DNA of 64,000 nucleotides from Nitrospirota bacterium (GCA_963751455.1 CAVVUN010000015.1:1184001-1248000); one strand, 5' to 3'. Positions 38,141 to 49,200 are shown, counted from the first letter of the stretch. The notes: generated by a model not told the origin, from the sequence alone. Numbers and translations: made by a program.

Positions 38141-39325
38141 TTACCACCCGATGTTCAGGGTAAGCAGTTGACGTTTGTCCTCGTCCTGGCCGGCGTAGGC
38201 GCCGACTTCTTCGGTATACATTGCGTACGAGAACGTTAAGAAGAGCAGCCTCAAGTCAGCGCCGAAAGTCGGATTTCCCTGATACATCCCGGCGCGCAGC
38301 GCCATTTCGATCGGCAGCTTGTCGAAGAGCTGAAGTTCGGCTCCGTACCGGATCCGTTTCGCTACATCCTTGTCCTGGGTGAAATTATTCGTTATATCGA
38401 TATAGTCCGCGGCTACGGTCAACGACCTGAACCAGGTGATCTCCGGATTGACTGCAATGCCCGCGTTAACGGTCATCGGGAGGAGGCCAGCCTCCTGGAA
38501 GTCAAGATCTCCGATATTGAGCGCTGAAACGCCCAGAGAAGGCCTCCACCAGGAATCGGGTGCGAGATTCCAGACGAGACCCGCATCGAATCCGACCCCC
38601 TTGCCGTTTTTCTTGAGGTCATCCATGACGTAGTCGTCAAGATTGTCCTGATGCTCCACCAGTTCCCGGGCGGTAAATTTATGAATAATAGAATCCCTCG
38701 TCAACACTTTTGCCCCGATGCCCAGAAATAAATTCTCGGTCATCCCCATGCTGAAGCCCAGGATCCCGCCGTAGGTTACATCGGAGTTCAGTTCCAGGAA
38801 ACCGTCGGAGCTGAAGCCCTGGTGAGCCACTGCGTCAAACCGTGCGCTTCCCAGTCCGCCGATGCCGAACGCAAACCTGTCCCAGCTTCTTCCCATCGCA
38901 GTAAAATCCGCGACCCGGATATGCAGGTTTTCCCCGCGATATTGCGCGAGCACGTCATTGACCGCCCGCTGTTCGTCATCGTCAGAGCTGCCGTCTCCGT
39001 TCACGTCGCCGACATCCATGGATTTGTCCAGATCATCGAAGAAATCGAGAGAATTCTTGCCCGCTTCTGCCGTGACATTTATAAGGTTCACGTCCCAGCC
39101 CTTGTCCTTTGGGATGCCGCTCAAACCGGCCGGGTTATAGAAAAGGGAGTCCACTCTTCCCCCAACCGCGGTATAGGCGCCCCCCATGCCCATTGCCCTG
39201 GGCGATTTATAGAGATAGGGGTATTCCTGCGATGTCGGGCCCTGCGCCGTGGAAATCGACGGGAGCAGACAGAACGCGGCTAAAAGAAAAAATCCGTATA
39301 AAAATGTTGTCTTTCTATAAGACAT
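38141..39325 (-). CDS. TraF_2-like/FadL-like outer-membrane beta-barrel protein
   Basis: Signal peptide, RAMGMGGA.TA.......FYNPAGL, G.G.DAG, C-terminal W. Confidence 0.75.
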   Translation of the reverse strand: MSYRKTTFLYGFFLLAAFCLLPSISTAQGPTSQEYPYLYKSPRAMGMGGAYTAVGGRVDSLFYNPAGLSGIPKDKGWDVNLINVTAEAGKNSLDFFDDLDKSMDVGDVNGDGSSDDDEQRAVNDVLAQYRGENLHIRVADFTAMGRSWDRFAFGIGGLGSARFDAVAHQGFSSDGFLELNSDVTYGGILGFSMGMTENLFLGIGAKVLTRDSIIHKFTARELVEHQDNLDDYVMDDLKKNGKGVGFDAGLVWNLAPDSWWRPSLGVSALNIGDLDFQEAGLLPMTVNAGIAVNPEITWFRSLTVAADYIDITNNFTQDKDVAKRIRYGAELQLFDKLPIEMALRAGMYQGNPTFGADLRLLFLTFSYAMYTEEVGAYAGQDEDKRQLLTLNIGW

Positions 39326-39347
39326 GTCCGTATCCTCCGGTAAGATC

Positions 39348-40466
39348 TTAGTGTAAGTTATTTTGTATGTAGTTTGAGATGTCGGTTGATGAACAGTACG
39401 TGGTAGCACCGGACAGACAAGATGCCGGACAAGCCCCCGGGCATACACTGGAGCAAGGCGAGGTGCAGGCGTCTTTCTGAATATCGGTTATTGATGTTTT
39501 CACGTCTGAATTGGTGGCGGTGACGGCGGAGCTCATAGAACTGACCGCGCTGTAGATGCTGGCGTCTATTGAAGTTGTCAGATCGAGATTGGCTCCGAGG
39601 ACCGGGCACGGCCATTGCTGCCCGTCCGAACCGCTGCACAGGCCGGTTGTCGTAGCAGCGAACCATTTGTTCGTAGCGGCGTCTTTGTACAGGAGCCTTT
39701 TATACTGCGTAGCTCCGACAGGAATGCAGCCGGTGGTCACGGGGCTCGTGCCTGTAGCCATCGAGATGGTCAACCCGCTGTAGGTCCCGGTGACCGGGCT
39801 GCCCGCAGAGTCGGTGAGGGTAATGGCAGCGGGCGTGAGCGGGGAATAGGAGGCGGCCTTGCAGGCGATTGTCCCCGTCGGGCTGCTGTTTATGTTCACG
39901 GATGCTATTAGCTCGCAGGCAGTTGCGTCTGCTTCATCAGGAACGTTATTCCCGTTGTTGTCGCAAGTCTTGTTCAGGGTTCCGTCAGCATTTACAATAT
40001 TCGGAATGACGATCTTGATAAGGGAGAGGCTTTTTACCGCATCGACGATGCTCAAGTAAAACCTGGCGTCCAGATAACCGCTCTCTTCCGGCAGAACTTT
40101 GTCGTATCCCTCAGATCTTGCGTTATCCAGATACGTCAACGTAGTGCCTGTCACATTCCCGGTAAGAGACGTCATGTAGATGTTGAGATCGGTTTTTTGG
40201 GTCGATGACGACGAAGAAGATCCGTTGGCGTCAACGAACCTGTTCAGCACGTTCGTTATGTCATAGCCGGCCTTGCCGAACCATGCCGCCCCTATCTGCA
40301 TCTCTTCCGCGCAGGTTGATGCCAGAACCGCGTCGTAATTACCCTTGTCAAGATCCATTGTTGTTTGGTGAAGACATGCTTCCGGCGTGTTCTTGTCGCC
40401 GCTGCAACCGGCCAGGACCAGCACCGATATGGCGGATGTAACTACGAGCATGACCAACTTCCTCAT
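39348..40466 (-). CDS. Cys-rich lipoprotein
   Basis: Lipobox LAGC, many Cys, immediately upstream of the barrel gene. Confidence 0.78.
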   Translation of the reverse strand: MRKLVMLVVTSAISVLVLAGCSGDKNTPEACLHQTTMDLDKGNYDAVLASTCAEEMQIGAAWFGKAGYDITNVLNRFVDANGSSSSSSTQKTDLNIYMTSLTGNVTGTTLTYLDNARSEGYDKVLPEESGYLDARFYLSIVDAVKSLSLIKIVIPNIVNADGTLNKTCDNNGNNVPDEADATACELIASVNINSSPTGTIACKAASYSPLTPAAITLTDSAGSPVTGTYSGLTISMATGTSPVTTGCIPVGATQYKRLLYKDAATNKWFAATTTGLCSGSDGQQWPCPVLGANLDLTTSIDASIYSAVSSMSSAVTATNSDVKTSITDIQKDACTSPCSSVCPGACPASCLSGATTYCSSTDISNYIQNNLH

Positions 40467-40596
40467 AAGTCCTCCTTGAGCTGAGACCATTTGTTCAAAG
40501 TAATGGGAAAAACCGATATAACTTAAGTAGTATTATGATACTCGCAGATGATATTTTTTGTCAAGTCTAAAAATAAAAAAATTGAAATACCTGAAA

Positions 40597-40800
40597 TTAA
40601 TGGGAAGAAGGAAAAGCGGTATGCCGGAAGAAGTCGGCAATGAGAACGCCAAACAGGAACAGCGTGCCTGTTATGCCGATAGCCGTAAAGAGGAAATAAG
40701 CCATTTTTTTCAGAAAAGAGTAGTCTGTCTTCCTGATTGAGCGGAAATAGACCAGGAAACTGAAGCCCAGGCCGACGAGGAAGGAGAACGTTTCTATCAT
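40597..40800 (-). CDS. Small 2-TM membrane protein
   Basis: Two hydrophobic helices, promoter-like TTGACA upstream. Confidence 0.55.
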   Translation of the reverse strand: MIETFSFLVGLGFSFLVYFRSIRKTDYSFLKKMAYFLFTAIGITGTLFLFGVLIADFFRHTAFPSSH

Positions 40801-41003
40801 AGGGCCATGATATACTGCAGGCTGAGTGCTGTCAATCCCCGCTGTTCAGGAGCGCACCAATCCCTTCCTATGCAATACCCCCCCCGGACGTGTCCTGCCG
40901 TGTTCGCTGATTGCCGGTTCTATCAGGTTTTTTTATTTGACAGCGCTCGGGCTCTCAATTAATATCGATGCAAGTTGCGAAACTGCAAGAAGAGGCATTT
41001 TTC

Positions 41004-41387
41004 ATGATTACGCTTGTTGTTATCCTGGTTGTGCTGATTGCTGCTGCGGTGCTGGTTACTGTATTTGGCGGCCCCGCTGATTCCGGACAAAAAGACGCAG
41101 CGGACAACGGAGAATGGGAATACGGGGACGTCTGGAAAGAAGGGTCCGGTGATTTAAAGCCCAATCAGGACGTCGAATATATGGAGATTCTGCGCGGCGA
41201 CACCGGGAGCGGCTTTGACGATTCATATATGATGGACCTGATAGGGTATCTTGGATCGAGGGGGGTTCGCGCTACGTACGATTCTTACTCCGTCGCCCTG
41301 GAAGCGGGCGCCATTAAGACCTATGTGCTCAAGGTAGAAGCCGGAAAAGAAAATGAAGCAATCGGTTATTTGAAGGAAAAACGGTAA
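41004..41387 (+). CDS. Hypothetical protein with N-terminal TM anchor
   Basis: GAGG RBS, hydrophobic N-terminus. Confidence 0.65.
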   Translation: MITLVVILVVLIAAAVLVTVFGGPADSGQKDAADNGEWEYGDVWKEGSGDLKPNQDVEYMEILRGDTGSGFDDSYMMDLIGYLGSRGVRATYDSYSVALEAGAIKTYVLKVEAGKENEAIGYLKEKR

Positions 41388-41543
41388 CTCCTCAGGCTCA
41401 AAACAGGACACAAAATCATCTTCTCGCAAAGCCGCAAAGAAAGGCAGGTTTGGTTTAAAGTCAAAATCCTTTAAAGATTGACTTCTTTGCGCCCTTGGCG
41501 CCTTTGCGAGAGACGCCCTGCTTTTCAGTGTGAGAGAATCTAT

Positions 41544-41675
41544 GATTAACTCGTAAAAAGTCGTCATTCCCGCTTGTCGGGAATCGTATCGCCACGCAAC
41601 ACACTGAAAAAGAAGGATTCCGGACAAGCCGGAATGACGGTTATTCGATGATTTTTGACTTTTTACGAAACCATC
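41544..41675. mobile_element. 132-bp MITE enclosing a family D palindrome
   Basis: TIRs GAT....TCGTAAAAAGTC / GACTTTTTACGA....ATC, flanked by the 7-bp direct repeat AATCTAT. Confidence 0.75.
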
Positions 41676-41724
41676 AATCTATAAGTCATTGAAAATAAGA
41701 AAACAGGATATTAATTTAGTTATT

Positions 41725-41888
41725 CCTAAAAACGGCATTTGAACACGGATGAACACGGAAACAGCGGATCAAAACAATGTGATAGAGCAAAAAGCCATCT
41801 CGCCTTTTGGGTGAATCCATTACTGTTCGTAACTTCCTATAAATCCGTGTTGATCAGATTTTATCCGTGTCCAACTGCTTTTTTCAGG
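41725..41888 (+). mobile_element. 164-bp MITE, copy 2
   Basis: Same sequence as copies 1 and 3. Flanks GTTATT/GTTATC give an imperfect or offset duplication. Confidence 0.85.
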
Positions 41889-41986
41889 GTTATCAGTGTT
41901 ATCCGTGTTAATCAGCGGCGAAAACGAGTTGTTTTGATCCCGGCTTGTCCGGGAAGCAGTGAATAATTCTATAGAAGGAGCGATAC

Positions 41987-42460
41987 ATGTCGGAAGAGAT
42001 TGAAATCAAGGACCTGGATCAAACGCTGGACGGGTACAAGTCGAAGATCGTACAGGTTAACAAGGCCACGCTTACCTGGGACAAAGAGCTCATCTTCATA
42101 GGACGCACCAACCGTGGATACGAAGTGGAATACGATGCTCAACAGCAATGGGGCTGCTCACCAACGGAAACGCTTCTTCTGAGCGTTGCCGGCTGCATGG
42201 GAATCGACATGGTGGCGTTCCTCAAAAAGATGAAATGCGAGATACAATCATATAAAATGGATATTGTGGGGGAACGAAATCCGACGCCTCCTCAGTATTA
42301 CACGTCCATGGAAATGATCATTTCGGTAAAGGGAGCGCAGCTGACGGCAAAGAAAATCGAGCGGGCCATTTCCCTATCGCACGATAAATACTGTTCGGTG
42401 TATCATTCCCTCCGGAAAGACATGAAAGTCAAGGTGGATTATACGTTTGAGAATGTGTAG
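41987..42460 (+). CDS. OsmC/YhfA family protein
   Basis: SP.E.LL.S.AGC, LS..KYCSV..SL. Confidence 0.88.
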   Translation: MSEEIEIKDLDQTLDGYKSKIVQVNKATLTWDKELIFIGRTNRGYEVEYDAQQQWGCSPTETLLLSVAGCMGIDMVAFLKKMKCEIQSYKMDIVGERNPTPPQYYTSMEMIISVKGAQLTAKKIERAISLSHDKYCSVYHSLRKDMKVKVDYTFENV

Positions 42461-42566
42461 CATTCACTAAAACCAATCTCGAAGCTTTATCCGCAGATTG
42501 CGCAGATTTCATGGATTAAGCAGAATCTGAATTCTTCTTGAGTTTAGTAAAAAGTAAATGCTTGAT

Positions 42567-42730
42567 CCTAAAAACGGCATTTGAACACGGATGAACACGG
42601 AAACAGCGGATCAAAACAATGTGATAGAGCAAAAAGCCATCTCGCCTTTTGGGTGAATCCATTACTGTTCGTAACTTCCTATAAATCCGTGTTGATCAGA
42701 TTTTATCCGTGTCCAACTGCTTTTTTCAGG
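42567..42730 (+). mobile_element. 164-bp MITE, copy 3, nested in a family A REP
   Basis: Same sequence as copies 1 and 2, flanked by the 5-bp direct repeat TTGAT. Confidence 0.85.
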
Positions 42731-42855
42731 TTGATTTGGTGTTCTGGATATTTCGGAGTCATTTTTTTTTAAATCTGCGTACATCTGCTTGTGCCCGCGT
42801 TTTGGCAACAGCAGGGTACGTAATCTGCGAATAAGATTATAACAGGCATTTCTTT

Positions 42856-43986
42856 ATGACTACCATCCGGCTGTTAAAAAACGGCGGGGAAGCGTTCCCT
42901 GCCATGTTCGATGCAATCGACGGCGCGGTATCCTCGATCGCCCTTGAAATGTACATAGTTGCGGATGACGAGACCGGGCGCGAGTATCGTTCGCATCTCG
43001 TTGCCGCAGCGAAGCGGGGTGTGCGAGTGATGGTAATCGTGGATGCCTGGGGCTCCTGGGACCTGCATGACTCGTTCTGGGAAGAACTCAGGATGGCCGG
43101 CGGCCTGTTCCGATGGTTCCGGCCGCTGTCGCGCGGCCTGTTCCCTTTTCGCAACCATCGGAAACTTCTGCTCGTAGACGACCGGAAAGCGTTTATCGGC
43201 GGCATGAATATCGCCGATGAATATTACCGGGGGACGAACGGCGAGGAAAGCTGGAGGGACAATGCTCTGGAAATATCAGGGCCTGAAGCCGGGCAGCTTC
43301 GAGGGTCGTTCATGCGCATGTGGTCGAGGGCGAATTCGCCCTTTCGCAGGCTCCTTCTGGGTCTTCGCCGGGAACAGGGACTGCGCGGGAGCATGGATTA
43401 TGGAACGGTCCGTTTTCTTGAAAGCGGACCTGAAGATCCGATGAGGCCGGTGCGCGCCGCTTACTTGAAGGTTGTCAAGGAAGCGGCAAGGAGCATCGAC
43501 CTTGCCATGGGTTATTTCTATCCCCATGGACGAATGATGCGGGCATTGAAGCGCGCGGTAAAACGCGGAGTGCCGGTCCGGTTGCTGTTCCCGCAGAAGA
43601 CCGATGTCCCGATGGCGCGGTGGGCTGCACGCGGTCTTTACGGAAGGCTGCTTCGGGCCGGCGTTGAGGTCTGGGAATACCTGCCTTCCATGATGCATGC
43701 TAAACTGACGATAGCCGACGATACGGTGGTCGCCGGGTCGGCCAACATGGACATCAGGAGCGGCAGAATCAATTACGAACTGGTTGCGGTAGTGAGAGAG
43801 CGGGGTCTTGCCTCCCGCGCCCGTGCTGATTTTGAAGCGGACCTTGCAAGGGCCGTTCTCATCCGGCTCGAGGACTGGAGAAGACGGCCGCTCATCCAGA
43901 AAATCAAGGAGCGCTTCAGTTATTGCCTGCTCGCTCGTCTCGATATTCTGTTTGCCAGTACCGGATTTGAAAAGAGAACACGGTAG
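42856..43986 (+). CDS. Cardiolipin synthase (ClsB-like phospholipase D family)
   Basis: Two HKD motifs: NHRKLLLVD...GGMN and HAKLTIAD...GSAN. Confidence 0.88.
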   Translation: MTTIRLLKNGGEAFPAMFDAIDGAVSSIALEMYIVADDETGREYRSHLVAAAKRGVRVMVIVDAWGSWDLHDSFWEELRMAGGLFRWFRPLSRGLFPFRNHRKLLLVDDRKAFIGGMNIADEYYRGTNGEESWRDNALEISGPEAGQLRGSFMRMWSRANSPFRRLLLGLRREQGLRGSMDYGTVRFLESGPEDPMRPVRAAYLKVVKEAARSIDLAMGYFYPHGRMMRALKRAVKRGVPVRLLFPQKTDVPMARWAARGLYGRLLRAGVEVWEYLPSMMHAKLTIADDTVVAGSANMDIRSGRINYELVAVVRERGLASRARADFEADLARAVLIRLEDWRRRPLIQKIKERFSYCLLARLDILFASTGFEKRTR

Positions 43987-44157
43987 CATCTCGTCGTTCG
44001 GCTATGGTAACGAGGCCTGTTTCGGTGAACGGGAATGTCGTTAAGACGAACAACGTCGCCGAACGACGAAACGGGCATCGCGACCCTTCGACAACAAAAA
44101 AGCAATATAGCCGATACGGGCCTCATTGCCGACGCACGATTAATATCAGGAGGGACC

Positions 44158-44730
44158 ATGAATCTGAAAGGCAGTAAGACCGAGCAAAACCTGCTTGCCG
44201 CTTTTGCCGGAGAATCCCAGGCACGAAACCGCTATACCTATTTCGCGAGCGCGGCCAGGAAAGAAGGGTACGAGCAGATAGCGGCTTTTTTCCTGGAGAC
44301 CGCTGAAAATGAGAAAGAACACGCAAAAAGGTTTTTCAAGTTTCTGGAAGGCGGTATGTCCGAATTCACCGCCTCCTTTCCCGCCGGGATGATCGGCACC
44401 ACGGCGCAGAACCTGCTTTCAGCGGCTTCCGGAGAAAATGAGGAGTGGGCGAAGCTTTACCCGGGGTTCGCCAGGATTGCCGAGGAAGAGGGCTTTGGGG
44501 CCGTTGCACAGACGTTCCGGCTGATCGCAAGCGTTGAGGTGCAGCACGAAAAGCGGTATCGGAGGCTGCTGGATAATATCGAGAAGGGAAGGGTGTTCAG
44601 GAAGGATTCAACCGCGGTCTGGAAGTGCCGGAACTGCGGGTATCATCATGAAGGAACGGAAGCTCCCGAGGTCTGTCCGGCGTGCCTGCACCCGAGGAAT
44701 TTCTTTGAACTGCTTGCAGAGAACTACTAG
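44158..44730 (+). CDS. rbr: Rubrerythrin
   Basis: [25 protein letters not shown]-terminal CRNCG...CPAC. Confidence 0.95.
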   Translation: MNLKGSKTEQNLLAAFAGESQARNRYTYFASAARKEGYEQIAAFFLETAENEKEHAKRFFKFLEGGMSEFTASFPAGMIGTTAQNLLSAASGENEEWAKLYPGFARIAEEEGFGAVAQTFRLIASVEVQHEKRYRRLLDNIEKGRVFRKDSTAVWKCRNCGYHHEGTEAPEVCPACLHPRNFFELLAENY

Positions 44731-44934
44731 TGTAGTGTCTCACAAACGACTGGTGTTATCATAGCGCAGCAGTAGGCCGCAGCCAAACTTGTAGGGCAAG
44801 GCTTTAGCCTTGCTGAAAGAGCCGGAACAGCAGCAACCCTAAAGGGTCGCCCTACAAATTCATCAGCAAATATTTATGCGAAGATAAGTTTTCGATGAAA
44901 TCATCATAACACCGTCCATTTAAGAGACACTACA
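44731..44934. mobile_element. 204-bp MITE inserted at CTAG, carrying a GTAG-type REP doublet
   Basis: CTAG|TGTAGTGTCTC ... GAGACACTACA|CTAG, with internal GTAGGGCAAGGCTTTAGCCTTGC ... GCAACCCTAAAGGGTCGCCCTAC. Confidence 0.75.
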
Positions 44935-45001
44935 CTAGTTAAATTTGTTTCAAAGCGGGCAAGAGAGTTGAGAGTTGAAGGATTGTCGATGAGATGAGAA
45001 T

Positions 45002-45256
45002 TTAAGCCGCTTCGTAATGAATAACCGACATCTCTGATTGTAGTGCCTCAAGACGGTCAAGAAGTGATTCAATCTTGTCGACAACGCTGCTTTTCATATA
45101 GGCTTCGCCGCAATCGGAGCAGATTTCAGCGGGCACGTTCTTAATAACGGTCACTCGCTCCCCGGATAAAAAGGGAATAGTTGTGGTCCCGTCTTTCATC
45201 TCACCGCCGCACAGCGGACAGCGCTTAATTTTTCGTTTTTCTGCGCTTCCAGTCAT
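45002..45256 (-). CDS. YgiT-type/MqsA-like zinc-finger antitoxin (no intact toxin seen)
   Basis: CPLCGG, IKNVPAEIC..CGE. Confidence 0.8.
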   Translation of the reverse strand: MTGSAEKRKIKRCPLCGGEMKDGTTTIPFLSGERVTVIKNVPAEICSDCGEAYMKSSVVDKIESLLDRLEALQSEMSVIHYEAA

Positions 45257-46223
45257 CTTCCCACCAAAGTATTTTCTCATTTGCAGGGATACTGTGTTCG
45301 TTGGATTTCTTGTGTATGAACCGCTGCTTTCCTTCCGGAGTCATCCTCGCTCCGTTGTTTTTCTCTCCAATTCAAAACGGTGCCTACTTATGTGTGAATT
45401 ATATAGTACAAAAGCTCAAAAGACAATAGGCAGGCCTGCTAATTGGGGTGTTGCCACTCCCAAAAAATTCTTGACAAATTTTCGGTCAAATTTACACTCG
45501 ATCCGCGTAAAAAGCCATCTCTGGAACTGCGGTCATCGATCTCACCCTGATACGTAAAGCCGTCATTCCCGAACGTTTTAATCGGGAATCCAGAGGTTCA
45601 AAAAAGACACACCCCGCACTCGCGCTGTCGCAATACTTAGACACAGTTGTCGTACCATCTCAATAGATAAACTCCCCTCACCCCTGCCTGTCATTCGGCG
45701 AAGCGAGAAATCTTGATTTTGACGTTCGGAATCTTGCCTTTAGCGTTGGAGTAAAGAACCGGCGCACAGAGACTCATTTCTGGGGCCGTCTGCTGACAAA
45801 ATTTGTCACAAAAAAATAGCAAGAAATGCCGAATGTTTTAGCAAAAAAAGCCGAGACAAAATTTTTAAAGTAGTATACAGTAATTGCGTTTTTATTCATC
45901 TTTAAACTCATCACGGATTTGCCCATCCTCGATCTTCTTTAAGATAAGCAAATTGACAAACTGAGAGATTTCCGAAATCTCAGTCTTGTTTCACTGAATG
46001 GTCCTACCCTCCGCTTCAAACATTTTGTTTTAGCAATAATTTATTTCTACAAAACTATAAAATTTGACGCGCTTGTAAGGTTGTGAAACCGGAATCTAAT
46101 CAAGTCAAACATCATTTTATATAGATTCGTTATAGTTTTGCACCTTGCCTTTGAACCCTCTCTCCAAAGGGGAGAGGTTGGGTGAGGGGGGCACTTTCCA
46201 GTACTCGCCAGGAGGGACAAAGC

Positions 46224-49200
46224 ATGCACCACAATTTCTTCTATAGAAAATTTGTCATGCTGGGCATTTTGATTTTATTCTTTATCGTCATGATAACTAC
46301 CCTTGCCCATGCCTCTTCCGAACTTGATGATACGTTAAAAGCTATCAAGGAGAAGAAAGGCAAATGGATTGCTGCAGACACGGCGATATCGAAGTTATCA
46401 CAAGACGAAAGAAAAAATCGGCTGGGTGCTCTTCTGCCGTCTGCAACCGGAAGAGAAAAGAAATTATTAATTCCTTCTGCTTCTTTGCCAATCTATCTTG
46501 ATTGGAGGAATTATGCCGGGAACAATTATGTAACTCCGATCAAGGACCAGGGAACATGCGGAATATGCTGGGCCTTTGCTACCACTGCGGCGCTTGAGTC
46601 GAATGTACTGATATCCCAAAATACGCCGAGTGTCATTCTGGATCTTTCTGAGCAGGTTTTGACTTCCTGCGCGAATGTGGGCACTTGCTCCGGCGGATTG
46701 ATAGATGCAGCTTCTGATTTTATCCGTGACAACGGGCTCCCACAAGAAAGCTGTTATCCGTATATTGCCTCGGACGGCATCTGTTCAAATGCGTGCTCAA
46801 ACTGGTTGACTGATTCCTATAAGATAACGGATTGGTACCTGGTTGATCCTACTGTCAATGCAATAAAATACGCGGTCTATAATCTCGGACCTGTTGTCAC
46901 GCTCATGGCCGCACATACAGATTTCTTCTATTACAGCTCGGGTATATATTCCCACGTATGGGGAGGATTCCAAGGATATCATGCTGCCACCATTATAGGT
47001 TATGATGACGCTGAACAGTACTTTATCGTAAAGAGCAGCTGGGGAACAGACTGGGGCGAAACCGGATATTTCAGGGTCGGTTACAGTGAAATAAGCGCAG
47101 ATACAATTTTCGGGGTCTGGTCGATTGTATATCAAAGCTCTATCCCGGCTGATTTTCCAACCATTGAAGGAATAACAAGAACTTTGAATAAACAGAATGC
47201 GGAGGACCAAAACAACGACAACAACCAGGCGAATGGAACCGAGAACCAACCATCTGGCGGCTCTGCATATGGCCATAGCAATTCACAGGCAGGCAACTCT
47301 TCAAGCAGTACAACCGCAAAAAAGCATCGTCAAATAGCTGGCCCGGGCTGGGTCATGGTAAAGTCGAGACCTATTACCCATGAACAAAATGAAGCCGATA
47401 TTATCGCGGACAGAAAAAATAGACAGACAAACACTACAAAAACACCAATGCTGGCTGCTCTAGCAACCTCTATAACTCCCGAAATCAAAGAACTTGCACG
47501 TGCGTTACACTATGATTTAAATAATATAAATTCCTACATGAAATTCAACATAGACTTTGTTCCCTATTTTGGCTCCCGTAAAGGCGCAACACAGACTCTT
47601 CTAGATGGCAGCGGGAATGATTTCGATCAGGCGGCGTTAATGGTTGCGCTTTTGAGAGAGAGCGGCTACTTAGCCCAATTTTATTTTGTAAAAGTGAGAT
47701 ACTCTTTTGAAGTGCTTGCCAATTTGCTGGGCGTGCAAGAAACCTGGGAAGCAATTTCCGGTGCCTTGTGGTCCGGTGGCATTCCGTGCAGCCGCTATGG
47801 TGACGAACAGGCCGACGTAGATCGTATGTGGGTTCTTGTAACAATCAACGGTGCTTATTTTGCCTATGATCCAGCTATTAAATTATATTCTTACAAGAAT
47901 AAAATCGATATTGCTGGCTCAATGGTTTACAGCCGAAACGAATTGGTAGCTGCAGCTACAGTGGGGGCTACGTTCAACAGTATATATACACAAAATGTAA
48001 ACGAAATGTCTATCAGGGATAAACTAGCGGCCTACTCATCACAACTAGTAAGCGTTATTAGAAATATGTATCCCAATAGTGATGTCAACGAGATATTGGG
48101 AGGAAGAACCATTTTGTCAGATGTAGGGTCAACTTCTATAGGTTATTACTGGTTGAAAGACGAGATACCGCCTGATCTTACATCCAAACTAATTTTGCGG
48201 CATGGTGACCTTGATTATGCGAAGGATTTCTGTAGAATCGATAATCCTGTCTTTTCTTCGGTAGATATTGATGCTGAATATGATATTCCGGATATATCGG
48301 GCAAGAGTCTGACCCTGATGCATCGAAGTGGTAGGCCGATCATCATGAAAGATGAATTTCTGAGTGCTGGGGGACAAGCGGCCACTACGGATAAAGCGCT
48401 TTGCATAATCGTTGATCATCCCGGGACGTTTGCCGATCAATGGGCCACCTACACGATTAAAAACAACGGCTCCTATGCGATAGTCTCTAACTTTAATGGT
48501 GTATCAGACGCGTTACTTCGTAAAAGACAGCAGCGCCTTGATATTTACGTTGCAGCGGGCGCGTCTGAGTATGTGCTCGGTGAAACGCTCAACATTATGG
48601 GTTTAACCTGGATGAAAGAAACTCAGGAAGCTCAAAAACTTTTATCCAGCATTTCGGGCGTTGTGTATGCGACGTACCATCGAGTAGGTCTGATGGCCCA
48701 GGAAGCTGGTTACTATATTGATGTAAAAAATTCTTTGGATTTCACTTCATATAACGACAGCGATAGCGATAAAAAATCATTCCAAAAAGCTCTCACGCTC
48801 ATTCAAAGCTCCTTTGAACATGGAATGCTGGAACAATTAATGGGTTCAGAGAGTTTGCCTAAGCCCGCCGTCTCCACGATGAAACTGTTTCAGCTTGCCA
48901 ATGCATCTGGAAGAAAAGTATTTACCACAAGCAAAAGTAATTTCGAGAGCTCCATTCAACAACAGTTGATAAACTATTCAACAACAGATATCGCCAATAT
49001 TCAGGAGCGCATAAACCGGGGATATACAGTGATTCTTCCTGATAATGGAAAACTGACCTTGAATAACTGGACAGGGGCAGGATATATTTCTCATTTAATG
49101 ACAGGTTCTACCTCTACTTATTATATAGAAGCGTCTATTAGCCCGGGCTACAATGGCGGGTATAGCTCGACGGACGGAACCGTAGACACATCAATGGTCA

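Noticed and set aside
38141-39325. Conjugative element, based on the TraF-like protein
   Set aside because: No other tra, T4SS or relaxase genes are present, and this barrel family is common on chromosomes
41739-42772. Two ORFs starting MNTDEHGNSG as duplicated genes (also ORF 1344-1883)
   Set aside because: They are read-throughs of the 164-bp MITE
44040-44090. Hammerhead ribozyme (GACGAAAC)
   Set aside because: No CUGANGA core in a compatible position
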